From positions 147,562,001-147,626,000 of the forward strand of contig CM059432.1 in assembly GCA_030390025.1 (NCBI GenBank): DNA of 64,000 nt, written 5' to 3'. Within the stretch, counting starts at the first letter, position 1, and each line of letters starts with the position of its first letter. The notes under the pieces are model-generated. The model had not been told where the DNA came from and did no database searches. It saw only the letters and a program-made list of their open reading frames with translations. Shown here one piece after another: positions 24,200-37,496 of this stretch. Made by a program: the position numbers and the translations under genes. This DNA is from Squalus acanthias (lineage: Eukaryota).

Positions 24200-24590
24200 C
24201 GTTGAAACTTATAAAATTCTAACAGGACTAGACAGCCTAGATGCAGGAAGGATGTTCCCGATGGAGGGGGAGTCCAGAACCAGGGGTCACAGTCTAAGGA
24301 TAAGGGGTAAGCCATTTAGGACAGAAATGAGGAGGAATTTCTTCACCCAGAGAGTGGTGAACCTGTGGAATTCTCTACCACACAAGGCAGTTGAGGCCAA
24401 TTCATTAAATATATTCAAGAAGGAGTTAGATATATTTCTTAAGGCTAAAGGGATCAAGGGATATGGGGAGAAAGCAGGGACAGGGTACTGAATTTGGATG
24501 ATCAGCCATGATCTCATTAAATGGCGGAGCAGGCTCGAGGGGCCGAATGGCCTACTCCTGCTCCTATCTTCTATGTTTCTATGTTTCTAT
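24200..24590 (+). mobile_element. CR1 LINE 3' fragment
   Basis: RTRGHSL..RRNFFTQRVVNLWNSLP followed by a (TTCTATGT)n tail. Confidence 0.9.
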
Positions 24591-26249
24591 TTACAGCAGC
24601 CTTTATTACAAGGAATATTTCACGTTTCAGCAATGCCAGTGCAGAGCTTCATATGTTGGGACCACGAATCAGGAATTTTCGGGGTGGAGGTCAGTGTGCC
24701 CGATTTGTGGCCAATATTATTTTCCATCCATTAAAATCACGCGGGTAGCGAATCGGGCCCACTGACCTCTGCAGCCAAACTTTCAAAGCGCGCTCTCATC
24801 GCACATTGCTTTGTGGCAACAGCATTAAATCATAAAATTAAACCACGACAAATCTGAATCATAAATATGACTAAAAGACAAACTCATTCGGGGATGTTTC
24901 AGCTCATTGCATTGCAGTTTTAGACAGGAACTCATTTCAAAATTGTAATTCCTGGTTTCTGAATTACCGTCAAAAAATACACCTGCTCTCTGGATGAGAG
25001 CTGCCACTTTTATGGGGTTTACGCAGGCTGGGAACAGACACACACAGCCTGACTCAGTCCCAGCTCCCAGCAGTGGAAGAGCAGTGAGTTGTAGGAACTG
25101 CGACTGAGTGACAAATATCGTGTCTCAGTGGCCAGCTTCAGATAAGGTACAAAGGTGGTTCCCTAATAGAGAAGGGAAATACCAGGACAATATTTATTGA
25201 TTTAAAAAAAAATGAGTTAGAGGTATTTTTGGTATTTCATAACAGTGTTAACTATTTAAAATCATAGGCGCCAACCTAACAAGGCAGGAAAAGCTGGCAA
25301 ACAACTTGACACACACCCACCCCCCCCAAAAAAACTGACAACACCAAATGACATAATGTAACTGAAAAACAACTCTGTCTAAAGGCCCCTGATCAAGGCC
25401 ACTGCTTCAAGACAACTAAATATGTTAAATTCCTCTTTAATATATTGGCGTACCGTGGCTGCAGTGTGTACCATCTACAAGATGCACTGCAGCAACTCGC
25501 CAAGGCTTCTTCGGCAGCACCTCCCAAACCCGCGACCTCTTCCACCTAGAAGGACAAGGGCAGCTGGCGCATGGGAACACCACCACCTCCAAGTTCCCCT
25601 CCAAGTCACACATCATCCTGACTTAGAAGTATATCGCCGATCCTTCATCGTCGCTGGGTCAAAATCCTGGAACTCCCTCCCTAACAGCACTGTGGGAGCA
25701 CCTTCACCACACGGACTGCAGCGGTTCAAGAAGGCGGCTCACCACCACCTTCTCAAGGGCAATTAGGGATGGGCAATAAATGCTGGCCTTGCCAGCGACG
25801 CCCACATCCCATAAACGAATAAAAAAATAAATTTCTATTTTTAAGAGTGCCTGTTGTTCTGTGAAAAATAAAACCAATCAACTCATAATAGAAGCAAAAT
25901 ACTGTGGATGCTGGAAATCTGAAAGAAAAACAGAAAATGCTGGAAATACTCCGCAGATCAGGCAGCATCTGTGGAGAGACTGGACAAGTTAATGTTTCGG
26001 GTGAAAAATGATGGCTCTGTAAACCAGAGGCTGGCTGATCTGCTGTGTGTTGCCATCAGTTTCTGTTTTTGTCCTCACAGCCTTCTGTATGACATAGGCA
26101 AAGAGATAGTCACAATGGGAGTGCGGCAGCACATGAACTCGTCAAGACTTAAGCTGCAGTTGTACCCAACTTCACTATTGTCAGTTCTGAACTAGCCTGG
26201 CTGTTTCAGTCATCTCTGTCCCTTTCTATGACAAATCATTCTTGACATG

Positions 26250-27035
26250 GGGCTGGATATTCCGACCCCCACGGGTGGGTACGAGGTGTGTACACACCTG
26301 TAGGGGCCTCGCAAGTACCGGTTTCAGGCGTGCGAAGCGCATGCGCTGAAAACCGGCATTTCCGATCTGTCAAGAATGCTCCTGACAGATCCTCTGCCTG
26401 CCCTAGAGAAGGGCCTCTGCGGGGGGAGAGTTCCGCTTTCTGCAGAACCTCCGCCCGCTGAAAACCCTTAGAAATCTTACGCCTGCGTAAGGCCTGCGTA
26501 AGGCCTGCTTTTACCAGCATAAGAGTTGAAAAAAAGTAAAATAAATACATTTTTTTCACTCATTTATAATTAAAAAATACTTTTAAAAACAGTAAGTTTA
26601 TTTTTAGCCCCGTAAAAAACTTTAATTATTTTTTTCAAAAAATTTAATTTTTGTTAAAAATATTTAATTTAATGTAATTTTAACTAATTTTAAATACGCG
26701 ATGGTTTTTTAAAATTTATTTAATGTTTAACTGTGTTTTTAAATGTGATCCCCATTCATACTTTTGACAGATCTGTGCGGAGAGACCTGTCAAAAGTGTG
26801 AAGGGGGATTCCCTTCTTTGATTGGTTCCCCATGGCCCACATGATCCCAGGGACGCTTGCGGACCGCCTGCGCCACCCCTGGGATACCTGGGATACCTGG
26901 GCCTCTGCGCGCGCGGACCCGGAGAGGCCCAGGATCGTATGTCTCAGGATCTACGGAGCCAGCAGGTCAGTGCGTAGATTTTTCCTGATCGGAGGCATCC
27001 GCCCGCAGAGAGCCTCCGATCGGAAAATCCGGCCT
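26250..27035. mobile_element. Harbinger-type MITE, family D (GC-rich arms, AT-rich core)
   Basis: Imperfect TIR GGGCTGGATATTCCGA / TCGGAAAATCCGGCCT, flanks ATG/ATT, internal TGACAG/CTGTCA hairpins. Confidence 0.75.
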
Positions 27036-27116
27036 ATTCATTTCAAAATCTTATCCTCATCTCCAAATGACTCTAGGGTCTTGCTCCACCCTGCCTCTAA
27101 CCTCCTCCAGCCCTAT

Positions 27117-28620
27117 GGGGGGAATTTTTCAAGGGGGTCAGCGGGGGCGTTTGGAGGCGGGTCAGCTGGGAATTTGTTTTTTTTTGACAGCGGGTAGGGA
27201 ACCCGCTGTCGAGCCGCCTCCACGCTAGTCAACCCAGATGTGGGGTCTGTCATCACAGAACAGGCCCGACACTAAGCGGCGGGGGAGGCAATTTACATCA
27301 TTAAAGAGATTATTAAGAGGCAATTAACTAGTATTTTATGCCCACCTTTAGATTTTTAAAGTTCTCCAACGGCTTCCCCGCTGCTCGGGGATCACGCCAG
27401 GTAAGAAGGTCAGGTGTTGTGTCAGCATGGGATGATTTCTTTACTTGACAGCTGCAAATGGTCTATAAAAGCTCCCATTTCATCAGTGCTCACTTTCCAA
27501 CAGCAACAACTTGTATTTATATAGCGCCTTTAACGTAGTAAAACGTCCCAAGGAGCTTCACAGGAGTATTAAACGACAAAAAATTTGACACTGAGCCACA
27601 TAAGGATAAATTAGGGCAGGTGACCAAAAGCTTGGTCAAAGAGGTAGGTTTTAAAGAGCATCTTAAAGGAGGAGAGAGAGGTAGTGAGGCGGAGAGGTTT
27701 AGGGAGGGAATTCCAGAGCTTAGGGCCCAGGCAACAGAAGGCACGGCCACCGATGGTTGAGCGATTAAAATCAGGGATGCTCAAGAGGGCAGAATTAGAG
27801 GAGCGCAGATATCTTGGGGATTGTGGAACTGAAGGAGATTACAGAGATAGGGAGGGGCAAGGCCATGGAGGGATTTTGGAAGCAAGCTCCTCACACCCAC
27901 TTATCTTGCAAGCACACCCATCCTTCCCTTTCTATGCACTTCCTCAAATCCCCTTCTATCCATCCACCACTGCCATTCACCCTGATCCTTATGCAATTTC
28001 ATGCCTCCCCCTGATGGTCACCCTCACCAAACAAACGGCATCTACTGGGCGGACACACGCCATTACAGCCACCCATAGGTCTGTTCTTTCCCCCGTTGCA
28101 GGAGAAGAGAGCACAGATCACGAGGGAGAGGGAGAGAACCGTAGCTGGGCCACCACAGGTCTTGCAGCTCTCAACTGCAGAGGAGGAGGCACTGGAGATC
28201 AGTGCCGGTTTGGCGTCCCTGGCCATCGAAGATGGGGAGACGGGGACCTCCCAGCTACCTGGTAACACAATTAAATATCAGCGGCCCACTCAGTGTCATA
28301 CAACACTCAGTTATGTTGATTTGATTTCAACAGTGAGTGAAATATGATCATCTTCATAATGATAAGTTGCAACATTCTTACCTTGCCAGTGCTAATTCAT
28401 ATCTTTTAGCTCCGCCAGGGCCTTCGCGCGTGCAGCAACAGTCGGTGGATGTGGAAGCTGACGATTCCTCAGAGGAGCTGTTCCTTCTGAGGGTGCATCG
28501 CCGCAGGACCCATGCTCACCATGCACCAGCACGGGTACTCGCCCTTCGGTGTTACCAGTAAGACAGAGCGTTGGCTTTTCACCTGGTGACTCACACTTCA
28601 TAAGTGAGCAAGAGCAGATG
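27117..28620 (+). mobile_element. Truncated Harbinger relic with Myb-like exon 2, interrupted by an L2 fragment
   Basis: G-run TIR-like start. ttgcag|EKRAQITRERERTVAGPP..LSTAEEEALEI..|gtaac at about 28102-28261. Confidence 0.65.
27500..27880 (-). mobile_element. L2 3' fragment
   Basis: Reverse complement of the 23000-23360 sequence type. A similar piece lies at ~19965-20187. Confidence 0.8.
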
Positions 28621-28624
28621 GTGA

Positions 28625-31250
28625 GAGTAGAATGAAGCAGAAAAAGGGGGCGTATGACAGATGTCAGCTTGATAACACAAGGGAGAATCAGGCTGAATAT
28701 AAAAAGTACAGAGGACAAGTGAAAAAGCAAGTAAGAGGGGCAAAGACATAGGGCTGGATTTTGATACTGGGGCGGGTTGGGGTCGTGTCATCCGCATTTC
28801 GTGTTATCCCCCCGCCTGCAATTGGATGTGGGAGATTGATGCAATTTTCACTTAATTGGGCAATTGAGTTCCAGCATGTGGGAACCCATGAACCAATTAG
28901 TGGTTTCAGTCTGAAAGTCGCCTCTGATGATGTCATCATTGCAGGTCAGAGATTGCCTGGTCTCAGAGATTGCCTGGCCTTTGCTGTGAGAGGACCTGGA
29001 TGCAAAATGAGCAGCATCTCAGAGAGAGAGAGAGAGAGAGAGAGAGAATTTTTTTTGCAACCAAGTCCTCCCAGGCAGTCTCTGAAGACATTCAATGCAG
29101 CAGCATCAGAGGCGACTTTCAGACCTAATACTACTACTACCTTCATCACATCTCCATTGTAATAGTGGACCTGCAGCTGATAGTCAGCTATCCACTTGTG
29201 CTCCCACCAGGTTTCACTGGCGTGTTTCACATCAGGCGTACTTCACGTCGGAAAAGGGTTAAACTAGCTAAAACGTTTCAAAATGGCATTACAGAGCCAA
29301 TTTAGGCCTTGTTAAGGGCTTTAATGGCCTCTCCCGCCTCTTGGAGGTGGGACGGAGTCGGGAACCCTGCGACCGATTTTGTCAAAATTGCGTGGAGGTG
29401 GAATGGAGTCGGGACCCCCGAATCTGCAACTTTAACCCCCCACACGCCTCCAAACCCGACTCCACGGGTCATTGAAAATCCAGCCCATAGTATGAGAATA
29501 GATGGGCGGGTAACATAAAAGGAAATCCAAAGGTGTCTATAGGCATATTAATAGGGTTGTCAGAGGAGCAGTGAGGCCGATTAGGGGCCAAAATGGTGAT
29601 CTATTGGTGGAGGCAGAAGGCATGGCTGAGGTAGTAAATGAGTACGTTGCATCAGTGTTGACCAAGGAAGAGGGCTTTGCCAAAACTATGGTAAAGAAGG
29701 AGGTTACTGGTTGAGATAAAAATAGATAAAGAGGAGATACTAGGAAGGCGGCCTGTGCTTAAAGTGGTTAAGTCGCCCGGCCTGGATGAGGTGCATCCTT
29801 GGTTGCTGATGGAAATAAGGGTAGAAATTGCAGAGGTGGTGGCCACAATCCTCCTTAGATACAGAAGTGGTTCACAGGACTGGCTGGAGGTGATGCAGAG
29901 AATTGCAATTTTTACACCCTTGTTCAAAAAGGAGCGAAAGATAAACCTGGCAATTACAGGCCAGTCAGTTTAACGTCGGTGGTGGGGAAGCTTTTAGAAA
30001 CAATAATCCGGGAGAAAATTAACAGCCACTTGGACAAGCGTAGACTAATAAAGGAGAGCCAGTAGGGATTTGCTAAGGGCAAATCGTGTTTGACTAACTT
30101 GATTGAGTTTTTTGATGAGGTAACAGAGAGGGTGGATGAGGGCAGTGCAGTTGATGTTGTGTATATGGACTTTCAAAAGGCGTTTGATAAAGTCCCACAT
30201 ACTAGGCTTGTGAGCAAAATTGAAGTCCATGGGATAAAAGGGGAAATTGTCTAAGGGATAGAAAACAGAGAGTTGTGGTGAATGGCTGTTTTTCGGACTG
30301 GAGGGAGGTATACAGTGGAGTTCCCCAGGGTTCAGTGCTAGGACCACTGCTGTTTTTGATATACATTAATGACTTGTATTTGGAGGTACAGAGTACAATT
30401 TCGAAAACACTGAGGAAGCTAGTAATAGACTTTAAGAGGACACAGACAGGCTGGTGGAATGGGCACAGACGTGGCAGATGAAATTCAACGCAGGAAAGTG
30501 TGAGGTGATACATTTTGGTGGGAAGAATGAGGAGAGACAATACACACTAAATAGTACCATTTTAAAGGGGGTGCAAGAAGAGAGAGACCTGGAGGTGCTT
30601 GTGCACAAATCTTGAAGGTGGCAGGACAAGTTAACAAAGCAGTTAATAAAGCACGTGGGATCCTGGGCTTTATAAATAGAGGCAATAGAGTACAAAAGCT
30701 AAACTTATATAAAACAATAGTTTGGCCCCAGCTGGAGTCTTGTGTCCAATTCTGGGCACTGCACTTTAGGAAGAACGTGAAGGCTTTGGAGAGGGTACAG
30801 AAGAGATTTACTAGAATAGTTCCCGGGATGAGGGAATGCAGTTACATGGATTGACTGAAAAAGCTGGGGTTGTTCTACTTAGAGCAGAGAAGGCTAAGAG
30901 GAGATTTGGTAGAGGTGTTTAAAATTATGAAGGGTTTAGATAGAGTAAATAAAGAGAAACTGTTTCCAATGGCTGAAGCGTCGATAACCAGAGGTCACAG
31001 ATTTAAGGTGATTCGCAAAAGAACCAGGGGCAACAGGAGGAAAACTTTTTTACGCAACGAGTGGTCAGGATTTGGAATGCACTACCTGATAGGGCGGTGG
31101 ATACAGATTCAATAGTAGCCTTCAAAAGGGAATTGGAGAAATACTTGAAGGAGAAAAAATTGCAGGGATCTGGGGAAAGAGTGGGGGAGTGGGACTAACT
31201 GGATTGCTCTTCAAAAAAGACTAGATGGGCCGAGTGGCCTCCTTCTGTAC
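28625..31250 (+). mobile_element. CR1 LINE ORF2 relic, interrupted by the MITE at 28751
   Basis: [38 protein letters not shown] and QLESCVQFW, with multiple stops. Confidence 0.9.
28751..29486 (+). mobile_element. Harbinger-type MITE, family C, inserted in a CR1
   Basis: Perfect 12-bp TIR GGGCTGGATTTT, ATA TSD, second copy at 48610. Confidence 0.92.
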
Positions 31251-31490
31251 TCATTGCATAAAAAAGTTTTCCTCATGTCGCCTCTGGTTCTTTTGCGAAT
31301 CACCTTAAATCTGTGCCCTCTGGTTATCGAGCCTTCAGCCATTGGAAACAGTTTCTCTTTATTTAATCTGTCTAAACCCTTCATGATTTTAAACACCTCG
31401 ATCAAATCTCCTCTTAGCCTTCTCTGCTCTACGTAGAACAAGCCCAGCTTTTTCAGTCAATCCATGTAACTGCATTCCCTCATCCCGGGA
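30820..31490. repeat. Local inverted duplication of ~230 bp of CR1 sequence
   Basis: ~30820-31050 is the near-identical reverse complement of ~31255-31490. Confidence 0.88.
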
Positions 31491-32181
31491 TATTCTCCAA
31501 GTTATAAAGGCACTATATAAATCCAAGTTGTTGTCGGCATGATATCACATAACAAATCTGCAGATTTCTACACTGACTCTGCACATATTGGGGTAATTCT
31601 ATTTGAAGTCAATGTCGTTAAAAGTGGGGAGAGATGTAAAACGGGCTGCCGATTCAATATCGCACCAAGTCAAAATCTACACCATTGTGATTTGCTGCCT
31701 GAAGGTTTCAGTTTTGTTTCAGAAGTCCCAGAAATCATGAAAATGCTGATATCTGAGTCATGCTGCTGCGATTCACTTGGCCTAATCAGATGGCAGACCC
31801 ATGTTGTACAACTTTGTCCTGCAGTCCAACAGTCGGGGAAAATCAATACACTGAAAGTTTTAAAACAGAATCCCCCTAAAACAAAAGTTTTGTCAGAGAT
31901 TTTATTCTCGACGGGTCACAATTGGCTGTTTCTGGCACAATTATGTCTAGCAATAGAATTTTTTTCCCCTCTAGTGATTAGTCCAATGGAATATTAAGGA
32001 AGGATGGATCATGTCATAATAGAGTCTTGAGGCTGGGAGAATGGGGGTAAGTTGACTAATTAACGAGTTGCACAAATAGCAGCTTGTTGACCAGCTTGTC
32101 AAAAAGAAAACTTAGAAACTGATTGAACAGACGACACTGGGACAATGACAAGTTTTAGGCAGCTAGAAACAATTGGGAGGT

Positions 32182-34135
32182 AGGAACATAGGAACAGGAT
32201 TAGCCCATTCAGCCCCCTCGAGCTATGTGTCCTTAACTCCATTTATCCGCCTTGGCTCCATATCCCTTGATAGCCTTACCTAACAAACTCAGATTTGAAA
32301 TTTTCAATTGATCTAGACTCAAGAACTTTTTAGGGAGCGAGTTCCAGATTTCCACTACCCTTTGTGTGAAGAAGTGCTCCCTGGCATTATCCCTGAATGA
32401 CCTAGCTCTAATTTTAAGGTTATGCCCCCTTGTTCTGGCCTCCCCCACCAGATGAAATAGTTTCTCTCTATCGACCCTATCAAATCATAGCATCATAGAA
32501 TCTTACAGCACAGAAGGAGGTCATTCGGCCCATCTTGTCTGTGCCAGCTCTTTAAAAGAACTCTCCAATTTAATCGCACACCCCAGCTCTTTCCCCATAA
32601 CCCTGCACATTAGTCCTCTTCAAATACATGTCCAATTGCCTTTTGAAAGTTCCTATGGAATCTGCTTCCACCACCCTTTCAGGTAGTGTGTTCCAAATCT
32701 TAGCAACCCTCTGTGTGAAAAAAATTCTCCTCATTTCCCCTCTAATTCTTTTCCAATTATTTTAAATATGCCCTCTGGTTATTGACCAACTTAGAAGAGG
32801 AAACAGGTTCTCCCTGATAGCTCTATCAAAACCCTTCATAATTTTGAATACCTCTATTAGGTCTCCCCTTAACCTCCTTTGCTCTAAGTAGAACAATCCC
32901 AGCTTCTCCAATCTCTCAATATAACTGAAGTCCCTCATCACTGGTATCATCCTGGGAAACCTCCTCTTACCCTCTCCAAGGCCTTCCTGAAGTGTGGTGC
33001 CCAGCATTGTACACAATACTCCAGCTGAGGCCTAACCAGTGATTTGTGAAGGTTTAGCATGACTTTATTGCTTTTGTCTTCAATGTCCCTATTTACAAAG
33101 CCAAGTATCCCATACACTTTCTTAACCGCCTCATCAACTTGCCCTGCCACCTTCAAAGACTTGTGAATATGCACCCCCAGGTCCCACTATTCCTGCACTC
33201 CCCTCAATATAGCATTGTTTAGATTATACTGCCTCTCCATGTTGTTTCTCCCAAAGTGCATCATTTCACACTCATCCAATTAAATTGCATCTGCCATGTG
33301 TCTGCCCATTTCACCAGTCTGTCTATGTCCTCCTGAAGTCTGCTACTGTCCTCCTTACTATTTACTACATTGTGTCATCCACAAACTTCAAAGTTGTACT
33401 CCCTATACCCAAGTCCAGGTCATTTATAGATAACACGAAAAGCAATGGCCCTAATCCCGACCCCTGGGGGACCCCACTGCATACGTCTCTCCAGTCAGAA
33501 GAATTTCCTTTCACCACTGTACTTTAACCCTTTAATCAACTTAAACACTTCAATTAGGTTACCCCTCAATCATCTATACTCACGGGATTACAAGCCTAGT
33601 CTGTGCAACCCGTCCTCATAATTTAACCCTTTTAGCCCCGGCATCATTCAGGTGAGTTTGTGATACACCCCCTCCAAGGCCAATACATCCTCCCTGAGGA
33701 GCGGGGCCCAGAACTGAACGCAGTTACCCCAGATGGGGTCTAACCAGAACTTTATACAACTGCAGCATAATTTTCACCCCTTTGTATTCAGGTGCCTTGA
33801 GATAAAGGACAGTATTCCATTAGCCTTTTAAATTATTTTTTGTACCTTTCCACTAGCTTTTAGTGATTTCTGTGCTTGGATCCCTAAATCTCTCTGCTCG
33901 TTCATAGTTCCCAGCTTCTCACCGTTTAAAACAAATCACTCTGCTCTACCTCTCTTAGGTCCAGAGTGGATGACCTCACACTTCCCCAACCTAAACTCCA
34001 TCCGCCACAGTTTTGCCCACTCACTTAATCTATCAATGTCCCTTTGCAACTTTCTGCGCCCATCTACACGACTTACTGTGCCACCTAACTTAGTGTCGTC
34101 AGCAAACTTGGATATATGCTTCTCTATTCCTTCAG
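32182..34135 (-). mobile_element. Cluster of at least three CR1 LINE fragments
   Basis: Repeated TRGH..FFTQRVV..WN and LVRPQLEYCVQ motifs on the minus strand. Confidence 0.85.
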
Positions 34136-34447
34136 CTAAGGTGGTTTGTCACACAATATTATTCTATGAGGTGGCAAGTGGATCTGTTCCTTCCTTGTCC
34201 TGACCACAAACCTTCCCTGGTGCCCCTGCAGGAGTGAGCTTTCCAACCAATTCACAAAGTACAATAGTGCCACAAAAACAATACTAGCAAGAAATGTGGT
34301 GTGACTGGCATTAAAAAGAAGCATTTCAAAACCTACCCTCTTGGTTTCATGCATCAGTTCCTGACCCATGACTCTCAGTGTCAAGCCCAGACATTTGTGT
34401 GTTTTGGCTAGGACAGTCACAATCAATCAATTATATTTCACACACAA

Positions 34448-34935
34448 CAACAGAACATGCTGGAAACACTCAGCAGGTCAGGCAGCATCGTGCAGAGAGA
34501 TACAGAGTTAACTTTTCAGGTCGATGACCCTTCGTCAGAACTGGAAAAAGCTGGAGATGGAACAGATTTTTAAGCAAGTTTGGGGCGGGGAAAGGGAGGA
34601 GGGGAGGAAAGAACAAAAGGGAAGGAAGGTCTGTGATAGGATGGAAGGAAGGAGAGATTAAATGACAAAAGGGATGATGGTGCAAGGCAAAAGGAGATGG
34701 TAATGGGACAAGTTAAGAAACAAAAGATGACTCGAGATGAAGTGTAAATGGCGATGGCAGAATGAAAGACAGCTGCCATGTTAAAAAAACAATGGGGGCA
34801 GGGGTTATGGTCTGAAATTGTTGAACTCTATGTTGAGTCCAGAAGGCTGTAAAGTGCCTAATCGAAAGATGAGGTGCTGTTCCTCGAGCTTACGTTGGGC
34901 TTCATTGGAACAGTGTAAGAGGCCGAGGACGGAGA
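34448..34935 (-). mobile_element. Penelope-like element 3' fragment
   Basis: SVLGLLHCSNEAQRKLEEQHLIFRLGTLQPSGLNIEFNNFRP* plus pLTR with a hammerhead motif at 34506-34542. Confidence 0.82.
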
Positions 34936-37496
34936 ATTATATTTCACTGTACGCTAGAAATTAATATTAGTTGGCGAATACTGAATGTCTTTCCAAGACT
35001 TCTTGTGTCTGCTAGTGTAGGCCCTAACTTGCTGACTTCTCCATTAAAATAAAGGAACATCATATGATCTTGTTAAGCTTTCACCCGCTACTATCACTAA
35101 CTAACATTGGCATCCAGCCTCATAGCTTCAAAACAAAATCACCCTCAGGAGCCCGAGTATTCCTGAAGGTGAATCTTCCGATTGTCTGCTCACAGCACAG
35201 AGTCTCAAACGCCAGGGACTATATATTGTGAAATCCGCTGCTTTTGCAGACCATGATGTTCCATCAATTTATTTTTAATGGAGAACAAATCATGGGCTGC
35301 AATGCAAGCGACGTTCTGATATACGCTCCCAGAAGGCGGGGTTCCACACTGGGAGCGTGCACTTGGAAAAATGATCCTCTGAAGTGAAAAAAGAGCGTTT
35401 GTTTAAAACTGCCGTTTTTAATCCCTTACCTACAAAATCATCAGCACCTCTATTCACAAAATAATGCACCTCATCGTTCCAACCACAAATATTCGTAAAC
35501 ACATCGTTAGGATTTTAAAAACCCACAGCCCTCAATTAAAATACAACATGTACAATACAAGTTACCATAGAAACCATATGAACTGCAAAGTGCACAATTC
35601 AAGAAGCCTGATCTAAAGACTTAAATAAAAAATTGAAGATACTGCAGTTTATGATTTAAGGAAATCACGCCAGCCCAGATTATTATCAGGATAAGCAGTC
35701 ATATTATTACCTTGGTCATAATGAATCAGTGATACCACTATCTCATTTACTATCCATTTAACAATTTAAGTTTAAACAATTTATAAATAGGTCACCCCAT
35801 GGATGTTTTCCTGGCTCAACAGTCTGAATTTGATTCTCATGAGTCATAGTTCTAGCTTGCAGAAGTGAAAATCATATCACACAAATTCATTCCATAGGTA
35901 CATTTGTTTTAAATAGATAGATGTGTGGGCAATGAATTCCACTAGAAGTACATTAGCTTGGCGAGCTCAGTCGGACCATTGCAGTCTTGGTACAAAATAT
36001 AAACCCATTTTTCAAAAATAAACTACAGACTATGCAGCATAGAATTTTAAATAACTGCTTCACACCCCTGCAGTTCCAGAATTGAGTCCTAACACTGACT
36101 GAAGCTTGAATCTATCCACCACCTGCTTCATGAATATCATATCAGTCAACCAGGCTGAGAGATGGGTTGCCTCTCAACGTATCTCCTCTTGGTGGTGAGA
36201 AAGTGGAAGCACATTTTAGCTGAGAACTAAATGGGCATAATGCTGAGGTTTAAGCACAGGGACAAGGTAGACAATGGACACGTTACACATAAAACGCTGC
36301 CGTTCGTGCTACCTGCACTGATCCTTACAGTCTGCACATCTAAATATTGCAGGATATGTTCCATATGTTTAAACAACAACTTCACAGTATAAATATGTTG
36401 AAATATTCTGGGGGATTTAAACTTAAATTAGCTCGAGCCTGACTAATTCAGGCTTGGGCTAACTGAACTTTTTAAAATTCCTAACCAGAAAGGGAAACTA
36501 ATTTTGTTCGGCTTTAATCTAAGAAGTGTCTATCACAGCCCTGTAAATGCACCTTTGATTGGTTCAATAGGTCAGGACTGCCCATTACTCACATAGTTTG
36601 ATCTGAAACGGTTTCATTCCTGCAATTCTTACCTTGTGCCAGTTGTGTTTGGGAGATAAATGTTCTTGAAATCCTGATGCTCCATCTGCATAAAACAGGA
36701 CCTGTAAATGTGATGGGGTTAATGTTTGTATGTGCTGATTAGAACTGGAAAAAATACCTCTACTGGTACAATCTCACTGCCATAAATCTTTAAAGTATAA
36801 TATATTTATTATTTGATACACTTGCAAAATCCCTCCAAAAATTGATTTTTCTTATAATAATATCATTATATGAGGAACGATGTTGTGTCACACCATTATA
36901 TTCTACCCTAGTTTCTACTGGAAAGATTAACAGTAGGATCAAAATTATGAGGGTAAATTGTATGGTTTAGCAGTCCTGGCACAGAGCTTCATATAATGAG
37001 GGCGCGTATCGAGAATTTGGGCGCTTAGGTCACCATGTCCCATTTGCGCCTACCTGATTTTCCGCAATTAAACAGAATGAAAATGACACGAATCACACGC
37101 GATGAAGTCTGACACATGAAGCTCTATACTGGGAGCGCAAAATCATAACATTTGCCCTAATGAAATCTTTCAATATAATTATGATAAAACTCTATTCCAT
37201 GTTACTGTTTTAGAAGTGAGGTCAAGTCTTAGATGTTGAACTTCCTCTATGTGCTATCTTAGTTCACTGTTAACATTGTGCATTGTGTCTTTATGCAACA
37301 TCGTAAAGTAATGTTTTTTTAGCACAATATGTTAACCAGTGCAGTAAAAAATAGCGCACAGAGCAAATTTCAACCTCTAAAAGTCTGTAAGCATTCAGCC
37401 AATGGTAAGCTGCTGATGAGCTCTCTGGATGGCTGGCTGTCAATCACGGATAATAACCGGGATATTATGGTGGTGCCACCCAGTCGTGCCCTCTCT

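Noticed and set aside
36950..37158. Small MITE with AGGGTAAATTGTATG-like ends
   Set aside because: TIRs are imperfect, there is no matching TSD and it is single-copy here, so support is insufficient.
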